From an uncultured Rivularia sp. (lineage in GTDB: Bacteria > Cyanobacteriota > Cyanobacteriia > Cyanobacteriales > Nostocaceae), in assembly GCA_963665115.1 (NCBI GenBank), contig OY762007.1, forward strand, positions 4,000,001 to 4,064,000: 64,000 nucleotides of DNA, read 5' to 3'. Under the pieces are notes generated by a model that was given only the letters and a program-made list of their open reading frames with translations, was not told the origin of the DNA and searched no databases. A program made the translations under genes and the position numbers. Below are positions 10,447 through 20,954 of this stretch, piece after piece (the first letter of the stretch is position 1; the number at the start of each line of letters is the position of its first letter).

Positions 10447-10475
10447 GTACAGACGTAGCAGTGCTACGTCTCTAC
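10447..10475. repeat. REP-like palindrome family GTAGAGACGTAGCA-N-TGCTACGTCTCTAC (other copies near 17153, 23027, 23205, 37635, 52497, 54214)
   Basis: Near-identical hairpins read directly at seven intergenic sites. Confidence 0.8.
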
Positions 10476-10534
10476 AATTTCTAACTCAAATCAACCTTCC
10501 CAGCAAAAAGTAAATATTTAAGGAGCCTACTACT

Positions 10535-11425
10535 ATGAGTAAACCAGTTTTTGAATTGGTTGATGAACTACCAACTAGCGGTATTACCGTTTCGGTGCTA
10601 AATGCGTTGGATAATATAACCCCAGGGCATTGGAAAAATACAGTCGGTTTTGTCAATACCATTAAAGAGGTAACTGGCGAAGACGATGAAGATATGGTAC
10701 AAGCTGTTGGCGAACGGGCAATTTATCTTTACAATGACCGTTCTCAAGGATACCAAAAAGGTTTATGGCTCTACCAAACTGTTGACAGCACTGATAAAGC
10801 TTTAGGTGCGGCAGCTTTAGCGAATAAAGTCAGCGGTAAGATTCCTTTGTTTGGAGGCTTAATAAACAGATTTACTCCCAAAGCTGATAAAGCACAAACT
10901 ATTGATTTATCTTTGAAACTAATTGCCGAATTGCTAGCTTTTTGCAGCATCAACGGTATTCCTGGAGATAGCATTGGCGATTTTGTGGCTTCTTTGGGCG
11001 AATACAGCGGTGAATCCTATATCCGCATGGTGGGATTAATCTGCCTTGATGGTTTAGTTCCTTTAGGTCCCGATTTCATTCAACAAGCTCAATCGGCACT
11101 TAATGGAATGAGTCCTAAAGAGTTAGAAGACAACTCTACATTCAAGCAGATGAACGATGCAATTCCCGGTGATAGTTCTGAAGGTAAACTTAACTTTATC
11201 GGTTCCAGCTTTGACTCAGTAAAAGGCTGGATGAGCAACACTGTATCTAAGAATGATTTAACTCCTCAAAAAGTCACAAGTAAGTTGAGCAGTTTCGTTG
11301 ATTTTGCCGATGATAAATTAGATTATCTCGCTGCTTTCCTCGACCTCAGCACCAACTATTTTGAGCATACAGGGACGCAAACCCTTACAAAACGCTTGAT
11401 CGAGCGGGCTGAAGCAGAAATCTAA
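10535..11425 (+). CDS. Conserved hypothetical protein
   Basis: 296-aa ORF with AAGGAG RBS, co-oriented with the upstream lipoprotein. Confidence 0.75.
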   Translation: MSKPVFELVDELPTSGITVSVLNALDNITPGHWKNTVGFVNTIKEVTGEDDEDMVQAVGERAIYLYNDRSQGYQKGLWLYQTVDSTDKALGAAALANKVSGKIPLFGGLINRFTPKADKAQTIDLSLKLIAELLAFCSINGIPGDSIGDFVASLGEYSGESYIRMVGLICLDGLVPLGPDFIQQAQSALNGMSPKELEDNSTFKQMNDAIPGDSSEGKLNFIGSSFDSVKGWMSNTVSKNDLTPQKVTSKLSSFVDFADDKLDYLAAFLDLSTNYFEHTGTQTLTKRLIERAEAEI

Positions 11426-11433
11426 TTCTCATG

Positions 11434-11488
11434 GTTCGTAGTAAGGACTTTAGTCCTCTAATTAAAGGCTTAAGCCCTGACTGCGAAC
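11434..11488. repeat. Palindromic repeat GTAGTAAGG...(CCTT/CCTG)ACT(A/G)C (second copy near 60657-60710)
   Basis: Imperfect inverted repeat just downstream of a stop codon; similar element at 60657. Confidence 0.55.
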
Positions 11489-11708
11489 TTTTTTATTTTC
11501 ATAATTTTTAGATAATTAGCAATAGTTTTTATTAGCGATTATTTTTTTATCAAAAGATAATTCTCAATATAAATATAATTCTTTTCAAAAAGTAAAAAAT
11601 AAGCATTAAAGAAGCTGTTAATTGTTTGATTTATGCTCTAAAAATGTAGCCGTTAATAGATATGATTATTTGATTCAACATCGGTAGGAGAGAATTTAAT
11701 TCGCCCCA

Positions 11709-12825
11709 ATGAATCAGCATCATATCGAAGTAAACGTTTCAGCCTCGAAGTTCAAAAATAATATCAGCTACATTCGCAATAGAGTAAAGCCTTCTCAACT
11801 GTGCGTAGTCATGAAAGCCAACGCTTACGGGCATGGTTTGAAGCAATTAGCCCCTACCGCAGTTGCAGCAGGTGCAGACTATATAGGTATTTGTACTAAC
11901 CCAGAAGCAACAATTATTCGCGATTTAGGTTTAAACGTAAAACTGTTGCGTTTGCGGATGGCTTTACCTGAAGAATTGCACGAATCCATCGACTCCCTCA
12001 ACATCGAAGAACAAATAGGAACCATCGAAGCGGCTAACTATCTTTCCGAAGCGGGAATAAAACAAGCAAAAAAGATTCCCGTGCATATCAACATCGATAC
12101 CGGAATGGGTAGAAGCGGTTTTTTTCCCAATCAAATAGAAGAACTTAAACAGGTTTGCGGACTACCAGGTATAAATATTGTCGGTATAATGACTCACTTT
12201 GCGAGTTCCGATGGCAAAGATTTAGGGTTTACTCATAAACAAATAGAAGACTTTTACGAAGCCCGTCAAGTCCTCAAAGACTACGTAGACCATAAAGTAC
12301 TTACCCACACTCATAACAGTGCGGCAACAGTGCGTGTGGCTAACGAACACAACCGCTTAGTCAGAGTAGGAGCAGCTTGCTACGGCGTGCGAACCTCCCA
12401 GGATTTTGATAATCCTCCCGAACTAAAGCCAGTAATGTCAGTAAAAACCAGGGTAGCCCAAGTAAGAAAAATACCCAAAGGCAAAACCATCGGTTACGGC
12501 AGCTTATTTACCACCCAACGGGATAGTTTAATTGCATCCTTACCAGTAGGTTTTGGTGAAGGTTATCCGCGATCTTTATTCAATAAAGGTATTGTTTTAA
12601 TTAAAGGTCATCGCTGTCCCCGTAGTTGGACGAGTATCATTAAACATCACGACAGTAGATATTACAGACATTCCAGAGCCAGTTATATGGGGTGACGAAG
12701 CAGTATTAGTAGGAACTCAAGGTAACGAAGAAATCACCTTCGAGGAACTAGCAGATAAATTTTCCAGCGTACACACCGAAATCAACTTAATGGCAGGTTT
12801 TATGAATCAGGTTAGTTATAAATAG
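11709..12825 (+). CDS. alr: PLP-dependent amino-acid racemase (Alr fold, Bsr-like), apparent +1 frameshift at about 12618-12621
   Basis: VMKANAYGHG (PLP Lys), DTGMGR, MTHFA, IGYG (catalytic Tyr). Removing one C restores CPVVGRVSLNITTVDIT...GDEAVLVG to TAG at 12825. Confidence 0.85.
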
Positions 12826-12837
12826 GGAATTGGGGAT

Positions 12838-12933
<96 letters not shown>

Positions 12934-13001
12934 AACCCCTTGTCTCCTTGTCCCCTTGTCTCCCCCTCTCCCCCCTCTCCCTATCCCCTATGCCCAATTC
13001 C

Positions 13002-13757
13002 CTAATCTGGCAATTTCAAATTCTCCACGACTGCATTTAGATAAGGCTGAAAAACCGATAAATTTTCCAATTTTTCAAACTTACCAATTGATGAAGCTGG
13101 ATCGAAGGCAGTGTTAATTAAGTAAAGTGCTTCGCCATCAAAAGCGACATAGCTTGTATGTTGCTCGCGTACACCACCTTTTTGTTGGATTCCAGCAAAA
13201 CCGTAACGTATTCCTTGAAGTTTACCGACTCGTGCATTCTGTGGTGGATAAGGAGAAAATAAGACACCATCAGCCGTTTTAGCTGTTTTTAAATTATCGT
13301 CATAAACATATTTACCGTTTTTAGCTAATACACCATAGCGATCTTTTACCCAAGCGTTAAGTGCAGCTGTTACCTGTGCAATATATTTAGGACTCTGATA
13401 ATTTATGTTTTTATCGATAGGAATACCAGTATTCAACAGCATTTTTTGAAAATTAGGCTGGGTTTTCAAAGGTAAAATTCCCATTTCCACCGTACCTAAA
13501 AGTTTCCCATTCGCAGAAACACACAACAAAGAGTCTTTATCCTGACAAGGATTAATTTTCCAACCTGCCGGAAGCGGAGTATCTTCTAATAAATTGTTCC
13601 AAATATTATCTTGGTTAGATTTTGTCCCAACTACAGTTGGAGTCGGTGTTTTCACCGAAGCTTGTGAATTTTTGTTAGCAGAGAAATAAGATGCAGCAGT
13701 TGTAACTCCGATGGGAATTAATATGAAACCTATCAATACATGATAAAGTCGTATCAT
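13002..13757 (-). CDS. Hypothetical secreted/membrane-anchored protein
   Basis: 251-aa ORF with an N-terminal hydrophobic segment. Confidence 0.7.
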   Translation of the reverse strand: MIRLYHVLIGFILIPIGVTTAASYFSANKNSQASVKTPTPTVVGTKSNQDNIWNNLLEDTPLPAGWKINPCQDKDSLLCVSANGKLLGTVEMGILPLKTQPNFQKMLLNTGIPIDKNINYQSPKYIAQVTAALNAWVKDRYGVLAKNGKYVYDDNLKTAKTADGVLFSPYPPQNARVGKLQGIRYGFAGIQQKGGVREQHTSYVAFDGEALYLINTAFDPASSIGKFEKLENLSVFQPYLNAVVENLKLPD

Positions 13758-14051
13758 TTTGCTTAAAAATAAAAATATAACGCAGAAAGTGGATTTAAAG
13801 TCAAAGGTTAAAGGTTAGGTGTTGAAAATACGTAAATATAAATACTAATTTCGATTTTAATTTTTATTATTCATCATTTTGTATTACTCTTAATACCCGT
13901 TAGGGAATGCAATTTCCTGGCTAAAAGCGAAAATTCTTTTAAACTTACATTTTGCACCATTCTCAACACCGCCAGAGAATGCAATTAAGAGGCTAAAAGC
14001 AAAAGTACTCTTAAAAGGACTCCTAACTCTCTACTCTCTACTCCCTACTCC

Positions 14052-17000
14052 CTAAAAATCCGTAGTTCCCAAAACGGTTTCATCTTCGGAATCATTCTCT
14101 AAGTCTAAAGGCATAATTGGTTCGCCTTCTGCACTTTCAATTTCCCCTATTGGAGGATTCTCATTAAGTACAATCTCTGTTATTTCTCCTCCATCTGTAT
14201 CATCTGCTTGTGATTGATACGACAGCAAACGTTTAAGTTCCTCAAATTTGTCTAAGGAAAATACGGCACCATTTGCTATGGCTGTTTCTTTTTGAGCCTC
14301 TGCAATGATAGCTTGAAATAAGCAAGCGTTGGAAAGATTGGCTAAATCGAGATTCACTCCTAAAAGATTAGCTCCTGTAAGATTAGCGCCTGTTAGTTTG
14401 GCGTTTGTTAGATTTGCGTTTGTTAAATTTGCTCCTGTTAAGTCAGCACCAGTCAGGTTTACATCTGCAAGATTTGCTCCTGTTAAACAAGCGTCTTTTA
14501 ACTGGACATTTGATAAATCTGTGCTGGTAAAATTGATTCCAGCTAACATTGATTGCGTTAAATCGGCTTTGACTAAGTTGAGGAATGTTAAAGATTTTTC
14601 ACCAATTCTTTGTCTGGTAAAATCTGGATGAAAAACTGCTGTTTTCGCGATTAACTTTATTAGTGCTTGAGGATAGGATTCTGTTAATGAAAATGGTTTT
14701 CCACAAGGTGAGAAAGTCCGTTTTGTTTCTTTGTAGCAAGCACTGAGTAATAAGAATACATTTATTCCGACTGCTGCATTTACCTGTTCTACATTTAGGG
14801 GGTTTTGCAGTTGTTTAAAATATTTGAAAGCTTTATGTGCTATTCCTTCATCCAACCACATACCAGCACTATAAGCGTACCAAAAAGGTTGCAGGCGATC
14901 GCACAATAATTGAAAGGAAAATTTATGTTGAGAGTGTCGTAATCCTTCGATAATAAGTTCTTCAATTTCTTTTGTAAGAATGCCGTAACCAAGTAATTGA
15001 TAAAGATGCTCGGCAATAGATAAGGTCGAATCGTAAGCAAAAATCATTTCTCCGTATGCGTTGCGAGTGCATTCGGTTAAAGCTTTTAGTTGATTTACAA
15101 TCGATGCAGCACAAAGGTATTCGCCGAATTTTTCATGAGAAAATTTTAGATTAGAAGTGGGAATTGGGCATGGGGCATTGGGCATGGGAGATAAAAATTC
15201 TTTTTCCCTTTCTATTTCTTTTCTAAAATAAAATGCTGGTAGCTTAGATAAATCACTTTTGAATTTTAAGTTAATATTGTTTCTCGAATATAAAATTTGC
15301 AGTGCTACTGCTTGCATTTGATTAATTAATTCTTGGGGATGGCGATTTTGACTTAGTAAATTAATGGCTTCTGGAGTGCGATGAATATGGGTATTAATGG
15401 ATGATGCTAATATTTTTTGACTAACGCTGCGAACTGGATAACCTAATAACCATTGATTGATACGCTCGTAAATTTTCCACAATACAACAGCGGTATTTGT
15501 GATTTGAGGATTGGTAGCAGATTCTAATATCTCATCATTAAGTAATTCGTCGCGATGCAATACTGCTAGTAAATACAACATCAAGGGTTGACGGACTAAA
15601 TCTGATAGTAAAAAGTGAGATTTTCGAGAAAAAGCCTTCTTTTTTTTAAAAAATGTAAATAAGTTTTGAGAAGCCGTTATAGATTGGACTTTTGCCCAAT
15701 TTGCAAACCATAGCTTCCACTCATCTTGTCCCCAAGGTAGAATTTTAATTCGACGTAAATTTGATGCTTTATTGACGATATCTTCTAAAGCCCAGCCTTG
15801 ACTCGTTAAAATAATTTTATGATTAAACCGCGATTGAAATTCAAGTAATTGTCGTAAAAAAATGGCGATCGCCATTTTGTTTTCGGCGCAGTTGGGTAGT
15901 TCGTTTAATCCATCTAATATTAGCAAACACTTGGTTTTAGATTCTTTGAGCCAACCAGATAAATTTGCTTGAGAATGATTTACAAAAGCAGATTCAAGGG
16001 TTTCTTGAAAATTATCGCCGCACTTTACTTCACTGAGCCGAATATTTATAGGCATCCATTCTGGATATAGCTTGTGCGCTATCCGTGCTGCTAAGATTTC
16101 ACAGAAGCTAGTTTTGCCGTAACCAGATTCCGATTCAATTACCGTAATGGTTTCTAAATCATCTATCTGCGAAACCACCCACTTCATTAAATCAACTGGC
16201 TGATGATTTCCCTTTACAGGTAAACCAGTAGGCGGGATATATATATCCTTGAGAGAAAAAGATTCTATAAACAGCGGTTCCCCAAGTTTTGTAATTAAGC
16301 TTGCCCGATATTTTTCTCTATAAAAATTAATATCATCATTAGTTTTAAATTCTACTGAATTTCCCAATCTAAAAAATTTTTGTAACTGAACCAAAGTGGC
16401 TGCATTTTTACTTACAAGCACAATCAAATGTCCCAAAAGTTTATTGTTTAATCGCTGAATAATTAACTCAGCTTCTGCTTCCAAAACGCTATTAGCAACC
16501 AACCAAGCTACAGCAATACGATTAATTCCTTCCACTGCATAAGAATCAGCAACCGTTAATAGCGCTTCTTCCGCTTGCACGTCACTGAGTTTTTCCTCTC
16601 GTAGAATTTTGATTAAAGCTTGTAAGCGCTCATCCCAAAGAGGTTTCACCGAAGCATTCGCAAACAAGCTTGAAGTTTCCCCTTGTCTACTCGTCTTTTC
16701 ATCTCCCAAATACATCAATCTTTCCAGCCAAACTCGGGAGAGACTTTGTTCCTCAATCAAAACTTCTTCTAAAGCTTGTAAATAAGCAACTTGAAAAGCT
16801 AACCAAGTAGCTTCATTGCGATTAAAAGGCTTATTCTGTCCTAATAAACCTAAAATACTTTCAGTTAACCGAGCAAATACACCAACTTCATGCCAAACAA
16901 ACCTTAAAGGAAGTTCCAGAACTTCTGCTAAAGTACATATATCAAACGCTGAGGGGTTTCTAACTTCCATATCTCGAATCATTCGCAAGGCTACACCAGT

Positions 17001-17081
17001 TATTTGTCCCTGCGAACACTCTTTTATTTGACTTATTTCGATATAATTTTCTACCAACCAATGCCGAATGCTCAAATTCAT
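14052..17081 (-). CDS. NACHT-like NTPase with C-terminal pentapeptide repeats
   Basis: Walker A-like SESGYGKTS, Walker B-like LLILDGLNE, PLMLYLLA, FSHEKFGEYL, A(N/D)LxG repeats. Confidence 0.85.
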   Translation of the reverse strand: MNLSIRHWLVENYIEISQIKECSQGQITGVALRMIRDMEVRNPSAFDICTLAEVLELPLRFVWHEVGVFARLTESILGLLGQNKPFNRNEATWLAFQVAYLQALEEVLIEEQSLSRVWLERLMYLGDEKTSRQGETSSLFANASVKPLWDERLQALIKILREEKLSDVQAEEALLTVADSYAVEGINRIAVAWLVANSVLEAEAELIIQRLNNKLLGHLIVLVSKNAATLVQLQKFFRLGNSVEFKTNDDINFYREKYRASLITKLGEPLFIESFSLKDIYIPPTGLPVKGNHQPVDLMKWVVSQIDDLETITVIESESGYGKTSFCEILAARIAHKLYPEWMPINIRLSEVKCGDNFQETLESAFVNHSQANLSGWLKESKTKCLLILDGLNELPNCAENKMAIAIFLRQLLEFQSRFNHKIILTSQGWALEDIVNKASNLRRIKILPWGQDEWKLWFANWAKVQSITASQNLFTFFKKKKAFSRKSHFLLSDLVRQPLMLYLLAVLHRDELLNDEILESATNPQITNTAVVLWKIYERINQWLLGYPVRSVSQKILASSINTHIHRTPEAINLLSQNRHPQELINQMQAVALQILYSRNNINLKFKSDLSKLPAFYFRKEIEREKEFLSPMPNAPCPIPTSNLKFSHEKFGEYLCAASIVNQLKALTECTRNAYGEMIFAYDSTLSIAEHLYQLLGYGILTKEIEELIIEGLRHSQHKFSFQLLCDRLQPFWYAYSAGMWLDEGIAHKAFKYFKQLQNPLNVEQVNAAVGINVFLLLSACYKETKRTFSPCGKPFSLTESYPQALIKLIAKTAVFHPDFTRQRIGEKSLTFLNLVKADLTQSMLAGINFTSTDLSNVQLKDACLTGANLADVNLTGADLTGANLTNANLTNAKLTGANLTGANLLGVNLDLANLSNACLFQAIIAEAQKETAIANGAVFSLDKFEELKRLLSYQSQADDTDGGEITEIVLNENPPIGEIESAEGEPIMPLDLENDSEDETVLGTTDF

Positions 17082-17181
17082 TTAAATACTCAGTAAGGGC
17101 TGTATACGGCAATTATTATTCATTTTAGATTTTAGATTTTAGATTTTGGATTGTAGAGACGTAGCAATGCTACGTCTCCAG

Positions 17182-17240
17182 GAGTTAGGAGTTAGGAGTT
17201 AGGAACTGGGAGTTAGGAGTTAGGAGTTAGGAGTTAGGGA
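17182..17240. repeat. STRR heptamer array (GGAGTTA)n
   Basis: Direct reading. Confidence 0.85.
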
Positions 17241-17324
17241 TTAATAATTTTCTACCCCCTCTACCCCCTCTCCCCCTCTCTCCCAAAAGCTGCATCTACA
17301 AAAGGAATCATTAGTGAACTAACT

Positions 17325-19106
17325 ATGAGCGATCGCCCTGTAAAATTATTGTTAATTGATTCCGATCCCATTTTTAGATTGGGATTGCGTCAAACTCTGG
17401 AAGAATTCCCGGAGTTGCAAGTTGTAGCAGAAGCGGAAACTTACACTACAGCGTTGCAAATTTTAGCAGAATTGGCGCAGCAAGATCCTAATTTAGTCAA
17501 CTTGGTAGTTTTGGAACCGGACAATAATCGTTCTGCAAATCGTCAGGAATTTGGGTTGCAACTAATTAGACAGTTGAAAAAACAATATCCGAATTTACCG
17601 ATTTTGCTTCTGTGCCACATCCTCCAACCTGGAATGCTTGCAGCTTTAAAAGCTGAAGGAGTTAACGGTTACTGTCCCAAGGGTACTCCCATTTCCGAAC
17701 TAATTATTGCCATGCAACAAATTGCGGCAGGAAATTCTTATTGGGTTCAAGAATTTCAACAATTAAGAAAATGGGATGGTGAAACATTAGGAGAAACATT
17801 ACTCCCAAAACGCAAATCTCAGAACACTTTAATTAATAAGTTACGCAACAATTTGCGCGAATCGGGAACTACTTATATACAACCTAACTTGACAAAAGTT
17901 ACAAGACAACTGCAAATTCCCGGATTAACGGTGCTAAATAAAGCTATTTTAGCTGGAAGACGACGGGAACTACTTGCTGCACAGTGGTTCTTAGATAATT
18001 TAGTAGATTCACTACCAGAACAACAGCAAACTCCCTCTAATCCTTTAAGTTCTTTCCCAGAATCACTATCACCCAAACCAGCAAATAGCGCTCTTACCAT
18101 AACAAACCCTACGGAAAACCCTCTCTCTCCACCTTTACTCAGTCCAAGAGCTTTACAAGCAACATTACTTACATCTTGTATTAACAAACTTCAATTTAGC
18201 TTACAAAATGTAACTGATATTCCTTTAGAAATAGATATTTTACGAGAAGATAAAAAGCGAGAACTACTTTATTTATTACTACAGAAATTCGCAGATTCTC
18301 TGGATGAATTACGTACTTCAGAAGTAGAAACAAATCGATTAAATGAAGTTAACTATATATTATTAGCAGATGTTTGGGAAGCCGCAACCAAAGAATTCTT
18401 CGGTAAGTTTTCGCGGATAAAAGTAGGAGATATTGAAGTAGAAATTGTAGATATCTTGTTGCAAGATGCAGCAATCGTCAAGACAGAAATTCTGAGTAAA
18501 ATTGTTTTAACAACCGAATTATTATCGTATTTAATATATCAAACAGAGCTATACATAGATAATACATCCTATTCAGCAGGCAGCGACGAAGCCAACGAAC
18601 ACGCTGCCATGATTTTGGAAAATATGTTAGTTAGTATAGCTAACGCCGTCATGCAGCCGTTATTAAATAGATTAGCAAATATTGAAGTTATAAAAAAAGA
18701 TTATTACAATCGCCAATTTATTTCCACTAGAGAAATCGAACGCTTCAGAAACAATTTATCGTGGAAATATCGCTGGCAGAATTATGTCGGAGAAGCCCAA
18801 GAAATATTTGAGAGTCGTCACGAACTATTTGTCCTTGCACCTCGCGGTATAGCCAAAGTCTTAGTATACGCATCCCGCAACAACGAATTAGCCCAACTTG
18901 AAGGAATCCCATTAGTAGTTACATTACTATTAGAACTCCGAGATGCAGCCACACCCCGCGTACAATCCCTAGTATCCTTTCTAGGCAACGGTGTAGTTTT
19001 CGTACTTACCCGAGTAGTTGGTAGAGGAGTCGGCTTAATTGTTCGCGGTGTTCTTCAAGGAATCGGTAGCGCCTCCTTGCCGGAAAGGAAGAGGAATCGG
19101 GATTAG
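17325..19106 (+). CDS. DUF3685 (Ycf55-like) protein with N-terminal receiver-like domain
   Basis: KLLLIDSDPIFRLGL receiver start; STREIERFRNNLSW; GRGVGLIVRGVLQGIG. Confidence 0.85.
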   Translation: MSDRPVKLLLIDSDPIFRLGLRQTLEEFPELQVVAEAETYTTALQILAELAQQDPNLVNLVVLEPDNNRSANRQEFGLQLIRQLKKQYPNLPILLLCHILQPGMLAALKAEGVNGYCPKGTPISELIIAMQQIAAGNSYWVQEFQQLRKWDGETLGETLLPKRKSQNTLINKLRNNLRESGTTYIQPNLTKVTRQLQIPGLTVLNKAILAGRRRELLAAQWFLDNLVDSLPEQQQTPSNPLSSFPESLSPKPANSALTITNPTENPLSPPLLSPRALQATLLTSCINKLQFSLQNVTDIPLEIDILREDKKRELLYLLLQKFADSLDELRTSEVETNRLNEVNYILLADVWEAATKEFFGKFSRIKVGDIEVEIVDILLQDAAIVKTEILSKIVLTTELLSYLIYQTELYIDNTSYSAGSDEANEHAAMILENMLVSIANAVMQPLLNRLANIEVIKKDYYNRQFISTREIERFRNNLSWKYRWQNYVGEAQEIFESRHELFVLAPRGIAKVLVYASRNNELAQLEGIPLVVTLLLELRDAATPRVQSLVSFLGNGVVFVLTRVVGRGVGLIVRGVLQGIGSASLPERKRNRD

Positions 19107-19194
19107 GGCGTTGGGCATTGGGGATGGGTGATGGGGTGACATGGAGAGAGGGGGAAGATGGGGAAGAAATTATTATTAACTAGCCAATCCTCGC

Positions 19195-19300
19195 TATTAC
19201 CAATTACCAATTACCAATTACCAATTACCAATTACCAATTACCCATTACCAATCCCAAATGCCCAATTATCAATGCCCAATGCCCAATCCCCCATGCCCA
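19195..19300. repeat. STRR array (ATTACCA)n/(ATGCCCA)n
   Basis: Direct reading. Confidence 0.85.
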
Positions 19301-19306
19301 ATTGAT

Positions 19307-20743
19307 TTACCTATTTCGCAAAAAGTAAAACATCCCGTCCCAAAAATCTTGTAAACGCCTACTTTCAAATCTTTGTTTGTTCCATTCCCATGCTGTTTGT
19401 TCGATTATTTCTGAAAAGCTCGAATAAACTGGTGCTAAATTAGCTAAGTTATTAATTTTTATTTTCTCGGCAATAGCTAAAGCGATTATATTTATTAACT
19501 CTCTGGCTTCTGCTCCTAATAAAGATGCTCCTAGTATCTCACCATTACGACGAACTATGATTTTGCAAATACCTGTAGTTTCGTCTGCAATTTGAGCAGA
19601 TGCTAATGTTTTAAAATACTGCCGTAAAACTAAAATCTCATTTTTATCATATCGATTTTTGGCTTGTCTTTCTGTTAAACCAACCTGCGCTAATGTTGGT
19701 TGAGTCAAAATTCCCCAGGGAATAGCCCGATAATTAATTTTACGTTTAGGGAAGAACAAAGCGTTTGTTATGGCAATTTTAGCTTCGTAATTAGCAATAT
19801 TTGATAAATTGTAACCGCCAATTACATCTCCACAAGCGTAAATCCGAGGATTGGTTGTTTGTAATTTTTTATTAACTGATAAACCACGGGAATGATACTT
19901 TACCCCTACAGCAGCTAAATTCAACGATTCTATAAAAGGTTGTTCTGCTACCGCGACTAATATTTCATCAGTTTCAATCGCTATATTTCCCGCTTGCAGC
20001 CACTTTTTACCTTCGATTAATCGAATTTGAGTTACAGCTAATTGCGTAAAAACACGTATTCCTTCAACTTCTAACTGCGCTTGCAACAACCGAGCAATTT
20101 CTGAGTCAACAGGAGAAATAATACAAGGGCTATTAACTATCAACGTAACGCTATAACCCAGTCTCGTTAAAGCTTGAACGATTTCTACACTTTGCGGCGT
20201 ACCACCAAGAATTACCCAGCTTTTCGGCGGTGTAGAACTTTTTAGAACTTGCCAAATATTTGATAAAGTCAAAAACCCCGTTTTCTGCAATCCCTCAATA
20301 TTTGGAATTGCTGGAATTGAACCCGTAGCCAGTAAAAAATTACGTGCTAGTAACTTACGATTATTAACAACAAAACTCAAATCTGGCGAAGCTTGAAAAC
20401 AGCCCTTGCCTACAATTACATCAACACCTTGAGCCGCCAAAAAAGCAGGTGAAAGCTGTTCGTAAATATTTCCAGCAACAGCAGAACCCCATAACAGCGT
20501 TTTTTCTAAAGAAATTTGAACTTTTTCTTCCCCATTGCCACCATTACAAATACCAAACTGAGTTAGATCGTTAACCTTCCCAACAACCTTAGCAACCTCC
20601 CCTATCCCCTGAAGTTGAATCAAATCGTGACGAAATAGCGGTTCAACCAAAGCAACTTTAGCCCTTTGTTGAACAGCCTTCAAAGCAGCATCTCGTCCAG
20701 TAAGAGTGCCACCAATAATCACGATATCGTAATCAACTGACAT
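19307..20743 (-). CDS. Pyridine nucleotide-disulfide oxidoreductase family (MerA/Lpd-like, degenerate)
   Basis: YDIVIIGG, LLATGSIP, TTNPRIYACGDV, AQVGLTE and a dimerisation domain. Confidence 0.82.
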   Translation of the reverse strand: MSVDYDIVIIGGTLTGRDAALKAVQQRAKVALVEPLFRHDLIQLQGIGEVAKVVGKVNDLTQFGICNGGNGEEKVQISLEKTLLWGSAVAGNIYEQLSPAFLAAQGVDVIVGKGCFQASPDLSFVVNNRKLLARNFLLATGSIPAIPNIEGLQKTGFLTLSNIWQVLKSSTPPKSWVILGGTPQSVEIVQALTRLGYSVTLIVNSPCIISPVDSEIARLLQAQLEVEGIRVFTQLAVTQIRLIEGKKWLQAGNIAIETDEILVAVAEQPFIESLNLAAVGVKYHSRGLSVNKKLQTTNPRIYACGDVIGGYNLSNIANYEAKIAITNALFFPKRKINYRAIPWGILTQPTLAQVGLTERQAKNRYDKNEILVLRQYFKTLASAQIADETTGICKIIVRRNGEILGASLLGAEARELINIIALAIAEKIKINNLANLAPVYSSFSEIIEQTAWEWNKQRFESRRLQDFWDGMFYFLRNR

Positions 20744-20746
20744 TTA

Positions 20747-20884
20747 GTAATTGGTAATTGGTAATTGGTAATTGGTAATTGGTAATTGGGCATTGGGCAT
20801 TGGGCATTGGGCATTGGGCATTGGGCATTGGGCATGGATAATTGGTAATTGAGCATTTGTAATTGGGCATTGGGGATTGGGCAT
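20747..20884. repeat. STRR array (TGGTAAT)n/(TGGGCAT)n
   Basis: Direct reading. Confidence 0.85.
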
Positions 20885-20954
20885 CGAGAAACAAGATTAA
20901 GTAGTGCGAGCATCTTGCTCGCTGGTCATATAGATAGCGAGCAAGATGCTCGCA

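Noticed and set aside
14329..14631. Antisense ORFs over pentapeptide repeats (also 41755-42036)
   Set aside because: Shadow frames of repetitive coding sequence.
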